Assembly: GCA_963514005.1 (NCBI GenBank) | Contig: OY740814.1 | Span: 15,810,001-15,874,000, forward strand | Length of the DNA stretch: 64,000 bases | Direction: 5' to 3' | Source of the DNA: Raja brachyura | Lineage: Eukaryota | Shown here: one piece after another, positions 25,079-37,993 of the stretch | How positions within the stretch are numbered: the stretch's first letter is position 1 | Layout of the letters: the number at the start of each line of letters is the position of its first letter | Notes under the pieces: generated by a model | Databases searched by the model: none | What the model was told of the DNA's origin: nothing | Seen by the model: the letters and a program-made list of their open reading frames with translations, nothing else | Program-made: the position numbers and the translations under genes

Positions 25079-25084
25079 TTTATT
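25079..25084 (-). terminator. candidate SPG11 poly(A) signal AATAAA
   Basis: First canonical AATAAA on - downstream of the SPG11 stop; an ATTAAA variant lies at 25308-25313. Confidence 0.4.
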
Positions 25085-25308
25085 TCAGCCATTGTATTCA
25101 GGGCCGGCATGTTCTTGGGCTTTAATTTACATTTGAAGGATAATTGCATGGTAGTCACTCTAATACCATTCAGAAACTCTACCCTGCACTGCACTTTGCT
25201 CAACTACTATTTCCAAGTAGCAGCTGTATATGTACTATTCATTCACCAAGACATAGTTGCTTTTAGTCTGAATGTAAATAAGCATTGTACTAAACACCAG
25301 TGAAATAT

Positions 25309-25503
25309 TTAATGTGTAAGAAGGAACTGCAGATGCTGGTTTAAACCGAAGATGTAGACACAAAAAGCTGGAGTAACTCAGCGGGACAGGCAGCATCTCG
25401 GGAGAGAAGGTCTGAAAAAGTGTCTCATCCGGAAACGTCACCCATTCCTTCTCTCCAGAGATGCTGCCTGTCCCGCTGAGTTACTCCAGCTTTTTGTGTC
25501 TAC
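25309..25503. mobile_element. fold-back Penelope-derived mini-element with 57-bp inverted arms
   Basis: Arms 25354-25410 and 25447-25503 (56/57 complementary); 13-bp direct repeat accagtgaaatat at 25296-25308 and 25502-25514. Confidence 0.8.
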
Positions 25504-25623
25504 CAGTGAAATATGGGTCAACTCAAAAGCGAAACGTATTTACATAATTACATTTTTTTACAATCTGAACAGACTTTATATGTATTGAGCTTCAACCCAA
25601 ACTGAAACTTAGAGCATAAATAC

Positions 25624-25804
25624 TTAGCTGGCAATCATGTCTTTTAGGTAACATCTTGTCTGGGGTTCTTTAAGGAGCTTGTTTGCTATGTCTGTGAAAT
25701 TGTGTTCATAAGCCATTTTATAAAACAGGTAGACATCTTCACAGTACTGCAGTAACCGCTTCAGATTTTGACTTGCTCCAGCATTTCCCTTTTGTTGTTT
25801 AAAT
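25624..25804 (-). CDS. SPG11: Spatacsin last exon (human exon 40 equivalent)
   Basis: NLKRLLQYCEDVYLFYKMAYEH...PQTRCYLKDMIAS* matches the spatacsin C-terminus; ttccag acceptor, TAA stop. Confidence 0.95.
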
Positions 25805-26813
25805 CTGGAAGTATTAAAAAAAGACATCCCAATTTCCAATCTTGTACAAGGAAATATTTTTATTTACTGCATGGATTCTCTTTTCAAACATCTTTATAAC
25901 TGGAATGCAGTTTGGCTTCACAAATCTTATTCTTGTTACTTTCTGTGATAATCTATATCAGTGTGGTGTGAACAACAACTGGCAAATTTGTAATATTTTC
26001 TCTTTCCCATGCTCAAAAACAAATTTGCCTTTTCACACATGAGCTAAGCTTATGGGCCATATTTTTTTATTTCTTCAATAATAGGACACCAGCTTGGTGT
26101 GTTACCTATCCCTAATTGACCCTGAAATAAGGGAATAGTTAAGAGGACCATGGATCTGGATTCACTCATAGGCCAGACTGAGAAAAGAGGGCAAATTTTC
26201 TTCCTTGAAGGATATCAGAACCAGGTGATATTTTACAATCTGTTGGTTGTTTACATTACCTGACTGGCTGCTTTTAATTATTCCTTTGATATCACTGGAT
26301 ATTCCTTCACCAGCAATCAAGGTTACATTTCTCCTCCCACAGAAACTGCTGGTTACCCAGTGGAATGACTACCTTTCAGTCAGTGACGAGCATGATTTTA
26401 AGGGAGCTTGAGATGTCCAAGCAATCATTATGTAGTCAGGCAGAAGGAATGATGCCCCACAATAAAAGACATTTCATTTGCACATCTAAAAACTTTAGTT
26501 CCAGTCTACCCAAACAGTGAAAATACTGATTTCCAAATTTTATTCTCACGGTTCAGTACTCGTTACATCAGCTCTGAAATAACGCCAACCTTCTTATTTT
26601 ATTTAGATCCTTAGAAACAATTGTCAATGAGCAAATAAAAACTTTTCTCTCCTCTTACAAATAAATCATTTGTGTATCTTTAGGTTTTGTCTCAATTCTC
26701 CCTTCCCAACCAATAGCTATACGAATAATATATCATGGAAACTGAGCCTTCAGCCTAAATCATCCAAACCAACCAACATGAGGTAGTCCAATAATAGTAT
26801 CAATAATACTTAC

Positions 26814-26965
26814 TTAGTGGAAATTTCCTCAAACAGGCTGTGCTGGAGCTGGTGCTGTTGTTTAAACTCCTCTAGATAAGCAAAATCACCACAAACAATC
26901 ACATGCTGGTACAGAACCTCTGCCCAATCAGGTACAAAGTCATATGCCTCTGCAAGTATGGAAGC
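26814..26965 (-). CDS. SPG11: Spatacsin exon 39 equivalent
   Basis: ASILAEAYDFVPDWAEVLYQHVIVCGDFAYLEEFKQQ; AG/GT boundaries, 152 nt. Confidence 0.95.
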
Positions 26966-28287
26966 CTAGAAAGGAAAAAGAGAGAATTGAATGAGTTCTG
27001 CAGTTAAGGTAAATATTATCATTGACCAAGAAACTCAATGGACTTTGGGGCTTCCAACAGGAATGTATATGTCTATAAACTAGTTTAATGGTTGAGTTGT
27101 CAGTAATGCTGATTTCTCACAAGATAGTTAATTGCATAGAATTCCAATATGTTACTACAACATTTTTTTTGTTCTGGACTTTCCGTCCCCAGATAATCTC
27201 AGTCTAATTATCTGGATGAGTGTATCTGGAAGCTCAGCATTTTCCTGGGTTTTTAAACATTCATGCCTTCACCACAGGTTTACAGTGGCTATGGTGTGTA
27301 CCATCTACAAATTGCAGTTACTCACCATAGCTACTCTGACAACAACCTTCATTTATTGTCGTGTGCTAATCAGTCAGCGGAAAGACGATACATGATTACA
27401 ATCGAGCCGTCCAGTGTACTGATACATGATAAATGGAATAACATTTAGTGCAAGGTGAAGTCCAATTAAAGATAGTCCGAGGGTCTTCAACGAGGTAGAT
27501 AGCTCAGGACTGCTCTCTTGTCCTGTCCCAAACCTATGGTTTGTGACCAAGGTGAAGAGCAAAAAAGTTGTAATTTAATAGTGTACACCATCAGAAAACA
27601 CTAGTCTCCACAGACATTTTTAGCCTTTGGATTTCTCCCCAACCTCAGCTAATTGTCTGATCCATATCATAATTGGAAAGCTGGTGCTGTGCACAACCTT
27701 GATGAAGGGAGCAAAATCAGCAACTACTTTACCTGAATTGAAGCAAAATGATCAGAATTAAAAGAGCAGCTTAAAGTAAGAACAACCATTGCTGGAAATC
27801 TGAACTAGAAACAAAATTGGAAATATATAATTTCTTTACTTGCAAGAACACACAATGGGCCCTGGTTAGGACCATACACCATCGGAAAACACTGATTTCT
27901 GGTGGGAAGGGATGTGGGGAACTGTATCCATGCTCTGTCAAGAAGAGGGAATGGGAGCTGAAGTGCAGGAATAGCTGAGCTACACTTTATGGCTCTGTCC
28001 ACTGTGATAAAGCCAAAAAGGTGTGGAAAGTCTTGTCATTGAAGGCAATTTGAGAGAGGCTGAAACTTGGAGAAATAAATGGAATCCTTACAATATGTAG
28101 TCAAGATGGCCGGAGAGTTTTGGGGCTTCTGTGGATATTCATTGTTAATTTTTCTGTTGAGGTAGATATAGAGGGGGGGGGGGGGAAAGCTAACCCGTTA
28201 ACGTGTTCAGCCACTCTGCCAACCTGTAACTAAAGTGAACTAAATTGATCCATACGGCTAATGTAACTAAACAATTATTCACAGTAC

Positions 28288-28443
28288 CTGATAGAACTTT
28301 GGTAAGGAGAGGATACATGTCATCAAGTCATTTCTCTGCAGATTAATTAACTGCACATCCTGGTTGCTGTTTAAGAAGTGGAGCTGGAGAGTCACCAGTT
28401 TGGCTAGCTTCACACACTGAGAGGCTCGGCGGATACACGAGTC
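28288..28443 (-). CDS. SPG11: Spatacsin exon 38 equivalent
   Basis: DSCIRRASQCVKLAKLVTLQLHFLN...LSLPKFYQ; 156 nt, phase 0/0. Confidence 0.95.
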
Positions 28444-28999
28444 CTAGAAACAGGAAAGTTAGCAGGTATTGAAACTCAGTGAAAACCAGTGACTTAACAT
28501 GACCGCATAAGCCCCATTACCACAGAGTTATTAACTAAGGGACAAGTTATAATTTGGGTTGGCACCATCATACTCAACAACTTTGTTCCAGAACATTAAG
28601 GATCACACGCCTAACACAAGATAGCAACAATCTTTATTTGAGCACTCCCTGTCTACTTCAGCAGATAAATCTATGCTTCCTCTAAATGGCTTTATGTGGG
28701 TGGGATGAGTATAAATAATCTTTTATTTGCATTGGTTTTAAACTGGGAGTATACTCCTTAACAGACCTTGCTATAAATCAAAATAAAAATCTGTTTTGTA
28801 CACATTTATTCTGGAACAAAGCATGGAACTAACTAAAACATATCCGTCAAGATTTAACAACAGTATTCAAGCTGTAAAGCACTTTCATGTCACATAATTA
28901 TACAACCCTTTGGCCCAAATTGCTAAACAAGGTGCCCCATCTAAGCAATTTCTATTTGGCACATATCGCTCTGACCCGTTCCTATCCATGTACCTGATT

Positions 29000-30295
29000 C
29001 AAATTCTTTTAACAGGTGATCGATGGTTTGCGTGGACTCACATGGCCTGTTTCCATGTGGTATCCCTAAACTAAATGTTATTGTACCTGCATCAATTAGT
29101 TCCTCTTGCAGCTTGTTACAGAGCTGCACCATCTTCTGTATGTAAATATTGGCCCCGAGGTCAAACTTTCTTCTCACCCTAAATCTATACGTTTGTTCTT
29201 GATTCCCCTACCTTGGGAATATTATTCACCCTATTTCCTCATGATTTTATACACCTGTATAAGTTCAGTGCACTAAGGAATAATACAGTGGGTCAGGCAG
29301 CATCTCTAGAGGATATGGATAGGTCAACCTTTCATGAATCTCAGGCCCTTGAGATTATTTTCTGCACTCCTTCCAGCTTAATGGCATCTATCTAATAACA
29401 AGGTTGCCAAAACTGAACACAATATTCCAAATGTGGCCTCACCAATGTCTTGCACAACTGTAACAGTGTCCCAACTTCTATGGAGATACAGGAAACTGCA
29501 GATGCTGGAATCTTGGACGAAAATAAACTGCTGGAGGAACTTAGCAGGTCAGGCAGCATCTGTGGAGGGGATGGACAGACAATGTTTTGGGTTGGGACCC
29601 TTCTTCAGACTTGAATCCAGCTAAACACCAGTCTGAAGTCGAGTCTCAACCTGAAATGTCGCTTGTCCATTCTCTCCACAGATGCTGTGTGAACCTCTGA
29701 ATTCCCCCAGCACTTTGCTTTTGTCCCAACTGATGTACTCAATTCCCCGGCTGATGAAGCCAGTGTGCCAAAACTCTTCTTCACCTCCCTATCTATCTTC
29801 AATGCCACTTTCAGGGAACTATATAATTATTCTAGATCCATTTGCTCAACAACACTCCCCAGGGCCTTACCATTCACTGTGAAGATCCTGTCCTGGTTTG
29901 ACATACCAAAATGAAATACTTCATACTTATCTGAACAAAGTACCATTCCTCAGACACTTGCCCAGCTGATCAAGATCCCACTGTAATTCTTGATAACCAC
30001 CCACATTGCCTATCTTACCACTACTTTAATGCTATCTGCAAACATGCTAACTATAATTACACATTCTCATCCAAATCATTGAAATGGATGACAAAACAGC
30101 AATGTTCCAACAAGGATCCCTGAGGCACACCATTAGTCACAGGCTACCAGTCCAAAAATATATTACCACCAACATCCTCTGCTTACTTCCATGAAGCCAA
30201 TTCTGGATCCCGAGCATCTAACCTTCCAGAGCAGCCTACCATGCAGAAAGTTATCAAAGGCCTTGATTAAGTCCATATAGACAATGCCTACAACC
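29000..30295 (-). mobile_element. decayed CR1-type LINE with nested Penelope mini-element (29477-29721)
   Basis: Reverse-strand CR1 motifs; nested element flanked by tgtcccaact duplications. Confidence 0.7.
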
Positions 30296-32370
30296 CTGGA
30301 GCTGTGAAAGGTGTTATATAAATGGAAGTTTTATATTCCTGTCCAATGTCCCAGGCACATGGTGGAGGAGCTGGCTGTATGACTGAAGAACAAGAAGCTT
30401 GTTTGTAATTTACTGATGACACTGATCAGAAAGATAACAGCCTGCTTACCAGCGATAAACAGACAAAATAGTATGTACAATACAAATAAGAAATTAATTC
30501 TACATAATAGTTCCAAATGCCAGGCTTAATGTAATTTGCATCTTCAAAGAGTTAATGCAGAAAGAGGTTTATGAATTATAATTATACGATTCGCTTGCTT
30601 TGGAAATTCAGTGAGTTAAATGACATAGAGACTATAATGGCTACAAATTTTAACTTTTGTTAGGTGACAATGTCTAGAGAAACAGCAAGGAGGTTAAAAG
30701 ATAGAGGGTGAATTAACAAGTCTAAAACTAACAACCAATACTTTCCTGATTCTATTTGAATTCTGCCAACATACATACAAAAAGCCTTATATTTATATAG
30801 AGACACAAGGAACTGCAGATGCTGGTTTATAAAAACACAAATTGCTGGGGTAACTGGGTCAGGCAGCATCTCTGAGTACATGGACAGGTAATGTTTTGGG
30901 TTAGGACCTGTCCTCAGACTGATTGTAATGTGGGGGAGAATGCTGGAAAAGAGGTGGGGCAGGACACACCCAGGCAACTGGAAGGTGGATGGGGGGGGGG
31001 GGGGGTTTATTGGCAGATAGTTGTATAAAGGCGGATGGAGGCAAGGAAGGAGAGAGGAGTGAAATGTAAACCCAGCGGGTGAGATATGGGGGGGGGGGGG
31101 GTTATATATATTTATTTCAATAATATGCCCATGAAGCACCTTGTGCATTAAAATCTTTATATAATGATCTCCAAGAAACAAAATAAACATAAATATCCAA
31201 GGAATATGTAAGGATTTGCCATCAATTCCAAATGTTATCAGGAAAACTGAAAGTGGAGCTTCATCTGGAACAAACGTTTTGTCATGCACTGACAAAGCAG
31301 AGAAAACACCCTGAAATAGTCCCACATAAGTTTGAGAACCAATCAACTTTAATTGAAGCACAGTAAATTGTTCTCTCCAAATCTCGAGACTGGCAGGGAT
31401 CATAACTAAATCCAGCTCTGAACAGCAAGAACACTCAATTACAGACACGACCATCACATTGAAAGCAGCCTGTACAATATATTGACGCATAACCCATCCT
31501 GTACTGTGGCATATTTTAAGCAAAGCAAAGATGTTTCCAGGCTGCACATCTTGTAATTGGAATGTGACATTCAACCTGTTGGGTAAACACTTAAGGAGTC
31601 TGCAGCTTTATTTGAACATAAATATCTTCCTCTGATGTGCTGGTCAATATCTTCCTTTAATCAATACAATTTGTTAACAAAAGAGATGCAACAAAAAAAG
31701 AACTAGCAATACCTCTGGAAGTAAACGGTGTAAATTGATGTTTCAGGCTGAGACCCTGCATCAGGACTGAGGAGGAAAGATTGCCAATAAATAGTACAGG
31801 CGACAAGTACAGGCTAGAGATACAGCATGGAAACAGGCCTTTCGGCCAACCAAATACACACCGACCATCAATAACCCGTCCACACAGGTTCTATGTTCTC
31901 TCACTTTCATATCCACTCCCTACACTCTAGCAAACAATTTACTGAGGCCAGACCTCCACCTAGTTCCATCTGCCCATCACCTCTCTCCACAGGTTCCACC
32001 TATCATCTACCAGACTCTTGTCCCCTCCCCCCCCCGCCCCTTCATTCTTCCATATACTGACAATATTTCTTCCATCTCAGTCCTAATGCAGGGTTTTGAC
32101 TTGAAATGTCGAACTAACAGCTTTTGCCTCCACATATGCTACTTGACCCACCAAATGAATCATACCAAAAAAACAAATTGCTGGGGCAACTCTGTGGGCT
32201 CTTTTTTTGTATCATTTCTTTGGTGTTTGCTGAAAATATCAGTTTGAAGTTTCTGCATTCAAAAGCAATTCATGATGACATTTTTTTTAACGTGATATAC
32301 CTATACAAGAAACCATTTTGTATCACTGGTAACATTTGAGAATTTAAGCCCCAAGTATCAAGGCATTTAC

Positions 32371-32447
32371 CTTTGAATAGCTCTCAGCAGCATCTTTGAG
32401 GAAGCTCAGAATCTTCACCAAAGATTTATTCAATTCAGGAGTCACCT
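32371..32447 (-). CDS. SPG11: Spatacsin exon 37 equivalent
   Basis: EVTPELNKSLVKILSFLKDAAESYSK; tttcag acceptor, aag|gtaaat donor. Confidence 0.9.
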
Positions 32448-32537
32448 CTGAAACGTGAAAAAGAGAGCAGTTTAATAGTTTCAGGTCATACACCTTGGAC
32501 AATTTCAAAAACAATAAAAATAATTCACAGGGCGTAA

Positions 32538-33695
32538 TCTATCTATCGATACATAACTAACACTCTGATCTTGTGCTCTTCCGGTTTACGCGTTTTTTCT
32601 ATGCGCAAAAATGGTACGCGATAGCACTACAATCTTTCGTCAGGCCACTCGCCGTTCTCATGTGCTGCGAGTGCAACAAGTTTCGTTCCGATCGGTAGAA
32701 TATTGTAAAAGTTAGCAAGGTTTAATAATCTTAAAAAACCGCTCGTGCGCAGATCAATCTCCTCTCCTGCCAGTCAGCGCCATGCGGATTGGTCTCTTCT
32801 CCTGTCACTCCCCGGCTGGTCTGCCCCTTCCTGCGCCATTGCGTCTTTACTGGAGCTGAGGATGGCCAGCGGAGGTCTCCAACCTGACACAATTTTCGGA
32901 GGGACCGGAAGCGGCTCGGCGTGGAGTCGGAGAAGTCGCCAAACGGAAAGCGGAGAGTCTGATCCCGGCGGAGGAGAGCATCCAGCGTCCGCTGTGAGTC
33001 CCAAACACACCGCCATCGCAACGCCCTGCAGCTCCAGCCCCTTTCCCTCCGGTACCCCTCACTGGCTCCTGCCCTCCCCCCCCCCCCCCCCCCCCCCCCC
33101 GTGATACACCCCTCTCCCCCATGGCTCTTCCCCATGCCTTTCTCCGAGCTCTCCACCGCCCACCCACATGCCGTCGCGGCCGTAGCTCCTGGTGCTTCAG
33201 AGCCGAGGATCCACGCTGACGGTTGATGCTCTTCTGGCGTATGCAAGAATGGAGAGGAACGGTAACTTGGAGATCCTGGGGAGGTGAGGGAGTGTGGGAG
33301 AGGGGATAAATGGAGAGGAGGGGAGAGGAGTTATGGAGGGAGGGTGGGAGTGACGGAGGGATTGGGGGAGGGTAGGAGAGGGAAAAGAGGGAGGAGGGAG
33401 AGGAGCGGGGGAAGTTGGGAGTGGGGAATAGAGGGATAGGAGGGCAGTGGGGGAGGTGAGGGGGATAGAGGGATAGGAGGGGGATAGAGAGGGGAGAGGA
33501 GTTATGGAGTGAGGGAGGGAGTGACTGAAGGTAGGGGATTGGGGAGGGGAGGGGAAAGAAGAGGAGGGGGAGAGAGTGCTAGGGATGAGGGGAAATGAGC
33601 TGTTTGTGCAGTTGGGAGCTGTGGGTGAGGGAATATTGCATTGGGGGACCAAGCCTCCTGTGTGACAGGGACCCAACGGGTCCCACTTAGTCTAG
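32538..33695 (+). mobile_element. non-autonomous Helitron
   Basis: Inserted A^T; 5' TCTATCTATC; 3' hairpin gggaccc-aac-gggtccc (33668-33684) 7 nt before terminal CTAG; no TSD; exact 5' TC could be one of the adjacent TCTA repeats. Confidence 0.75.
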
Positions 33696-34439
33696 TAAAT
33701 AAATAAAACTCAAGATTACATAAGGAGGTTCTGAAACATAATTGGAATATATGTTTGCAGCTGCAACTAGGATAGAAGCAAATGTTGCAGAAAATGAACC
33801 ACGTAGTCAGCTTGTTAAATGGTCCACTGACTATATTTTCAAACACAGCTGTAAATGTGATTCAGACTTGTGAGATTTTCCAGTTTTATACCATATTAAT
33901 TTTGTCAAAACACATTAGAATCATATCATTAGTGGAGGGAGCTAAGATCATGACTTGTAATCTGGTTTCCACAAGAAAAATCTGTTGGAATCAGCTGGTC
34001 CAGAGGTTATGCCTTAATTCATTATCACTTGTATTTTTCTCATTATATTTTAAGATAGTTTATGATTTAGTACCAGATCATGGAAAATAGCTGGGTCTGA
34101 TATTGAGAGTTATTTATTTATTTGTTACAATGCTGTAGGAGGCCATTTGGCCCACAAGTCAATGCTGGCTTGCAGGTTGACCAAACCCCTCAGTGATATA
34201 TCCCACTCCTTATTTCACCAACATATTCACTAGCACATGCCCATAAATACCCCTTTGATTCTTTTTTAACAGAGTCATTCAGCGCAGAGATAGGCTCTTT
34301 GGCACAACTTGTCCGTGCTGACCAGGATGTCCACCCAAGCTAGTCCCATTTGCCTGCTCCTGCCCCCTATGCCTCTAAACCTTCCCTGTCCATGTACTCG
34401 TGCAATTGTCATTTAAATGTCTTAACTACACTGAGGATT

Positions 34440-34625
34440 AATTCAGTTGTTAATTAACCTACCAGCAATTCGTGGCGTTGTGGAAGGTAACCAGCGCATC
34501 GGGAAGAAACCCATGTGGTCACGGGGAGAATGTACAAACTCCATACAGACAGCATCAGAATCGGGACTCTGGAGCTGTGAGACAGTAGTACTAACCATTG
34601 CGCCTGCAGACCAACCACTGCACTG
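34440..34625 (-). mobile_element. V-SINE fragment
   Basis: V-domain gtctgtatggagtttgtacattctccccgtgacc on minus. Confidence 0.7.
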
Positions 34626-35017
34626 ATTGACCTGGTTCTGAAGGTTCTCAGGTTGCGCTCGTTGTTGCTGCATAAGCAACAGTCGGCACACATTAAACTC
34701 TCACAGTCAAGTTTCTTCAGTGTCGGAAAGCAGGTTGTTCACAGATGGAGGATTGGACATCCTTAACAAAAATGCTTCTGTTTGGTGACAAATCCTTTTC
34801 CACTTCATTAATAAAGCTGAATCACATTTCATTATAAAGGAAATTATAACCTTTCAATGGTTCAGGTTTACACGGAAGATTTTGTTTTGGGGAGATTTTG
34901 GTGGGAAGTCAAATTATGATCGGTACAATTTCAAGCTAATATTAGGACGAACGTTCATACTCAATCCCTCTTTTTTCTGAATTGCAAAGTGCGGCAGTTC
35001 CTACAGCAGATACTCAC

Positions 35018-35186
35018 CCCACGGTTGTGATTCTATGATTTTCAGCTGGACTCTGGCTGCACCCTCGTGGTTTTCCCCAATTTCACGACACATGCTGAAG
35101 CAGAAGGCCACCATGTTGTGCTTCTCACTGTCACCGGGCAAACAGCGCTTGATGTAGTCCAGAAGAGCCGTTTTCAGATTTCCATT
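35018..35186 (-). CDS. SPG11: Spatacsin exon 36 equivalent
   Basis: NGNLKTALLDYIKRCLPGDSEKHNMVAFCFSMCREIGENHE...IESQPW; 169 nt. Confidence 0.96.
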
Positions 35187-35344
35187 CTGTGTTTCAGAAA
35201 ACAAAATCTGCCCAAAATTACTTTATGGAAATTATCTGGAAGATTAGCAAAGTTGAGGAATGATTCTCGGAGAAAAAACAAAGGTTAACAATCTGGAACC
35301 CCACACAATGAGCTCCTGATCTACAGTTTGCATTTTGTATGTAA

Positions 35345-36000
35345 AGGTGTGTGAGAGTCTACGACCAGAGGGCACAGCCTCAGAATAAAAGGACATACCT
35401 TTAGAATGGAGATGAGGATTTTTTTTTAGCCAGAGGGTGGTGAATCTGCAGCATTCATTGCCACAGATGGCTGTGGTGTCCAAGTCATTTTTTTGAAAGC
35501 AGAGATTGATAGATTCTTGATTAGCAAGGGTATCAAAGGTTACAGGGAGAAGAGGAGATTCAAGGGGGGGAAAATTGATCAGCCATGATCAAATGGCGGA
35601 GCAGGCTCGATAGGCTGAATGGCCTAATTCTACTCCTATGATTTATGAAGATTATGTGATAATTCCCAAGAATGTTACAGGGACTGGAAGGCTTGAGTTA
35701 TTAGGAGAGATTGGTAGGCTGGAACAACTTGCCTTGGACTGAGGTTGATCATAAAGGTTCATAACATGAGGGGCATAGATGAAGTGAATGGTCATGGTCT
35801 CAGAGTAGAGAAGGGAATACATTTAAGGTGATAAGGGAAAGATTTAAAGAGGGCCTGAGGAGCATGTTTTTTTCCACACAGGGTAGCGGATATGTGGAAT
35901 CGTCTGCCAAAGGAGGGAGTGGCACTGGGTGCAATCACAACATTTAAAAACATTTGGCCAGGTACATGGATAGGAAAGGTTTTCAGGGATAGGGACAAAA
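35345..36000 (+). mobile_element. two adjacent CR1-type LINE 3' fragments
   Basis: Shared ccagagggtggtgaatctg and gatcagccatgatc...gaatggccta motifs with other CR1 copies. Confidence 0.7.
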
Positions 36001-36771
36001 GGGTCTTAGTTTATTTTCGTTGTGCACCGAGGTACAGTGAAAAACTTTGTTTTAGTGGTATCTAGCCAAATCATATACAATACAACAAACCATACATTGG
36101 AATAGTTTAGTTTGATACCTCTATCGGTGTAGACAAGTTGGGTTGAAGGGACTGTTTCCAAACTGTATAACACTATGGCTGTGCCCAGTGGTGTTGGTGT
36201 CAGTACTCGTAGTCTAGAAGCTAAGATGAAGTACACTCCAGAATAATGGGAAATGGATTTGGCAAATGTGGTAATTTGAGGCCAGTATCGGCTTACAAAA
36301 GCAGCAAGGATTCAACTGGTCCAATGATGTAATGAAGAGGTATTTTTGACCAGTCCCATACTTTACAGTTGAATCAGTGGCGTCAAGGAAACGAGGGATG
36401 GTCTAGAGAAGGAGACTCTGTCAATGGCATCCACAGCCCCATGGCAAGTACTTTAAAAAAAAGTTCTGATAATATCCTTGATTATGAGGCCCATCATCTT
36501 TCTATTACTATTAAACAGGAAAACTGAATTTTGGCTTAATTTCTCATGAAGGATAACATCTCCTATGTTCTAACACCAGTCCTACATTACATTGCTTAGT
36601 AAACAAAACTGGCTTGTTTAAACAATGTTTTTTATAAATCACATGTAGATACCAACAATATGTTAAATAATTAACTCTGTTAATAATTACACTGTCCCAG
36701 TCCTCCCTGTGTTTAGATGGAAAATACGAGGAAAGGTTAAACAGATCTAACCGCTTGTCAATTGCACTCAC

Positions 36772-36879
36772 CGACAGAACCTTTTTCCTCAACAGCATTT
36801 CAAACCTATGATTCTCATGGAGCAGGTCGAATATATAGGTCATGTCGTTGTATCGCCCGATGCCAGTGACCAACCGTAC
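36772..36879 (-). CDS. SPG11: Spatacsin exon 35 equivalent
   Basis: VRLVTGIGRYNDMTYIFDLLHENHRFEMLLRKKVLS; 108 nt. Confidence 0.95.
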
Positions 36880-37993
36880 CTACAGAGACATGGTTTCTGG
36901 TTCATTCTTTACAGTGTGTTCACGATACTTTAATTACAATTTGTAGAGGCTTGGAAAGAAAGCGGATTCAGTAATGTGATAATACAAAAAGACATTGGCA
37001 GATAATATTTTCTTATCTTTAAGAATTCCAATTCCAACATTTCACATCTATTCCGATGAAAGATCAACAAGTTAACCATTATTTCACCAGAGGCTACACC
37101 ACTGGCTGAGCATTTTCAATTTGAAATATGTATACATTAAATTAGCATGCAACTGTTAAATAGGTACAAGCAGTAAACCTACAATTTCTGATGTGGTTAC
37201 ATGTCAAATTCATCTTAAACCTTTACCTGAACAAATAGCCTGAACTCTTTGTTTCAATTTTCCAGTTTCAGCAGTTTTATGCTGATTTTCCAGTTTATTT
37301 ACATTTGCAGTAAGATTTGTTGAGTTTGTGCTCAAGAATTAATGAAACATTTATTAGTTGGCTAAGCAACAGCTCTTTGAAATGTATGTGGACCTGCAAA
37401 ATGACTAAGGAGCCAAATCCGTGATCTAAGACGGCTAACGTTGGGATTTGTGTGGCAGAACACTTAATATTAACATGTGTGATGCAAAAGATTTCTCTAT
37501 GCATGAAGGCACACACCTCACAGAGTAGGATAGCAAATTGGTTACATTACTAGACCCATATTCTCATCCAGCAATACAAACTGTCACCATTCATTATTGG
37601 GAATGGTTATTACACAAAACAAATTACAAAGATTAGAGTAAAATTGTAGTGCTACGAGGAGGGAGATGGGATTAAAACCGAAGGCTCATAGAGCAAAGAA
37701 CTGAATGCCCCCATTCTATGTTCAATGATCAAGTCGTAAGATTTTTAGAGTAAAATAATTGAATATCAGTATTGCAAGCCTTTAGTCCCATTCTCCAAAC
37801 ATTTCCCTATCAACCTGCCAAAAGAAAATAACTTATTGCTTTTGTGTGACAATTCTTTTCCTGCAATTAGAAAGAAGACTTGACATCAATTAATTCATAT
37901 GCACATAATAATTGGAAGCAGTTCTCTTCTACCCACAGTAACCTTTCATCCATGTACTTTTAAAGAATGTATCTGCCGTTGCCTTTAGAAGTA

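Noticed and set aside
30660-31574. 304-aa ORF on -
   Set aside because: Runs through poly-G tracts and a Penelope-derived repeat in an SPG11 intron; no recognisable domain
32731-33846. Several Pro/Gly/Ser-rich ORFs
   Set aside because: Products of GC-rich and simple-sequence Helitron interior
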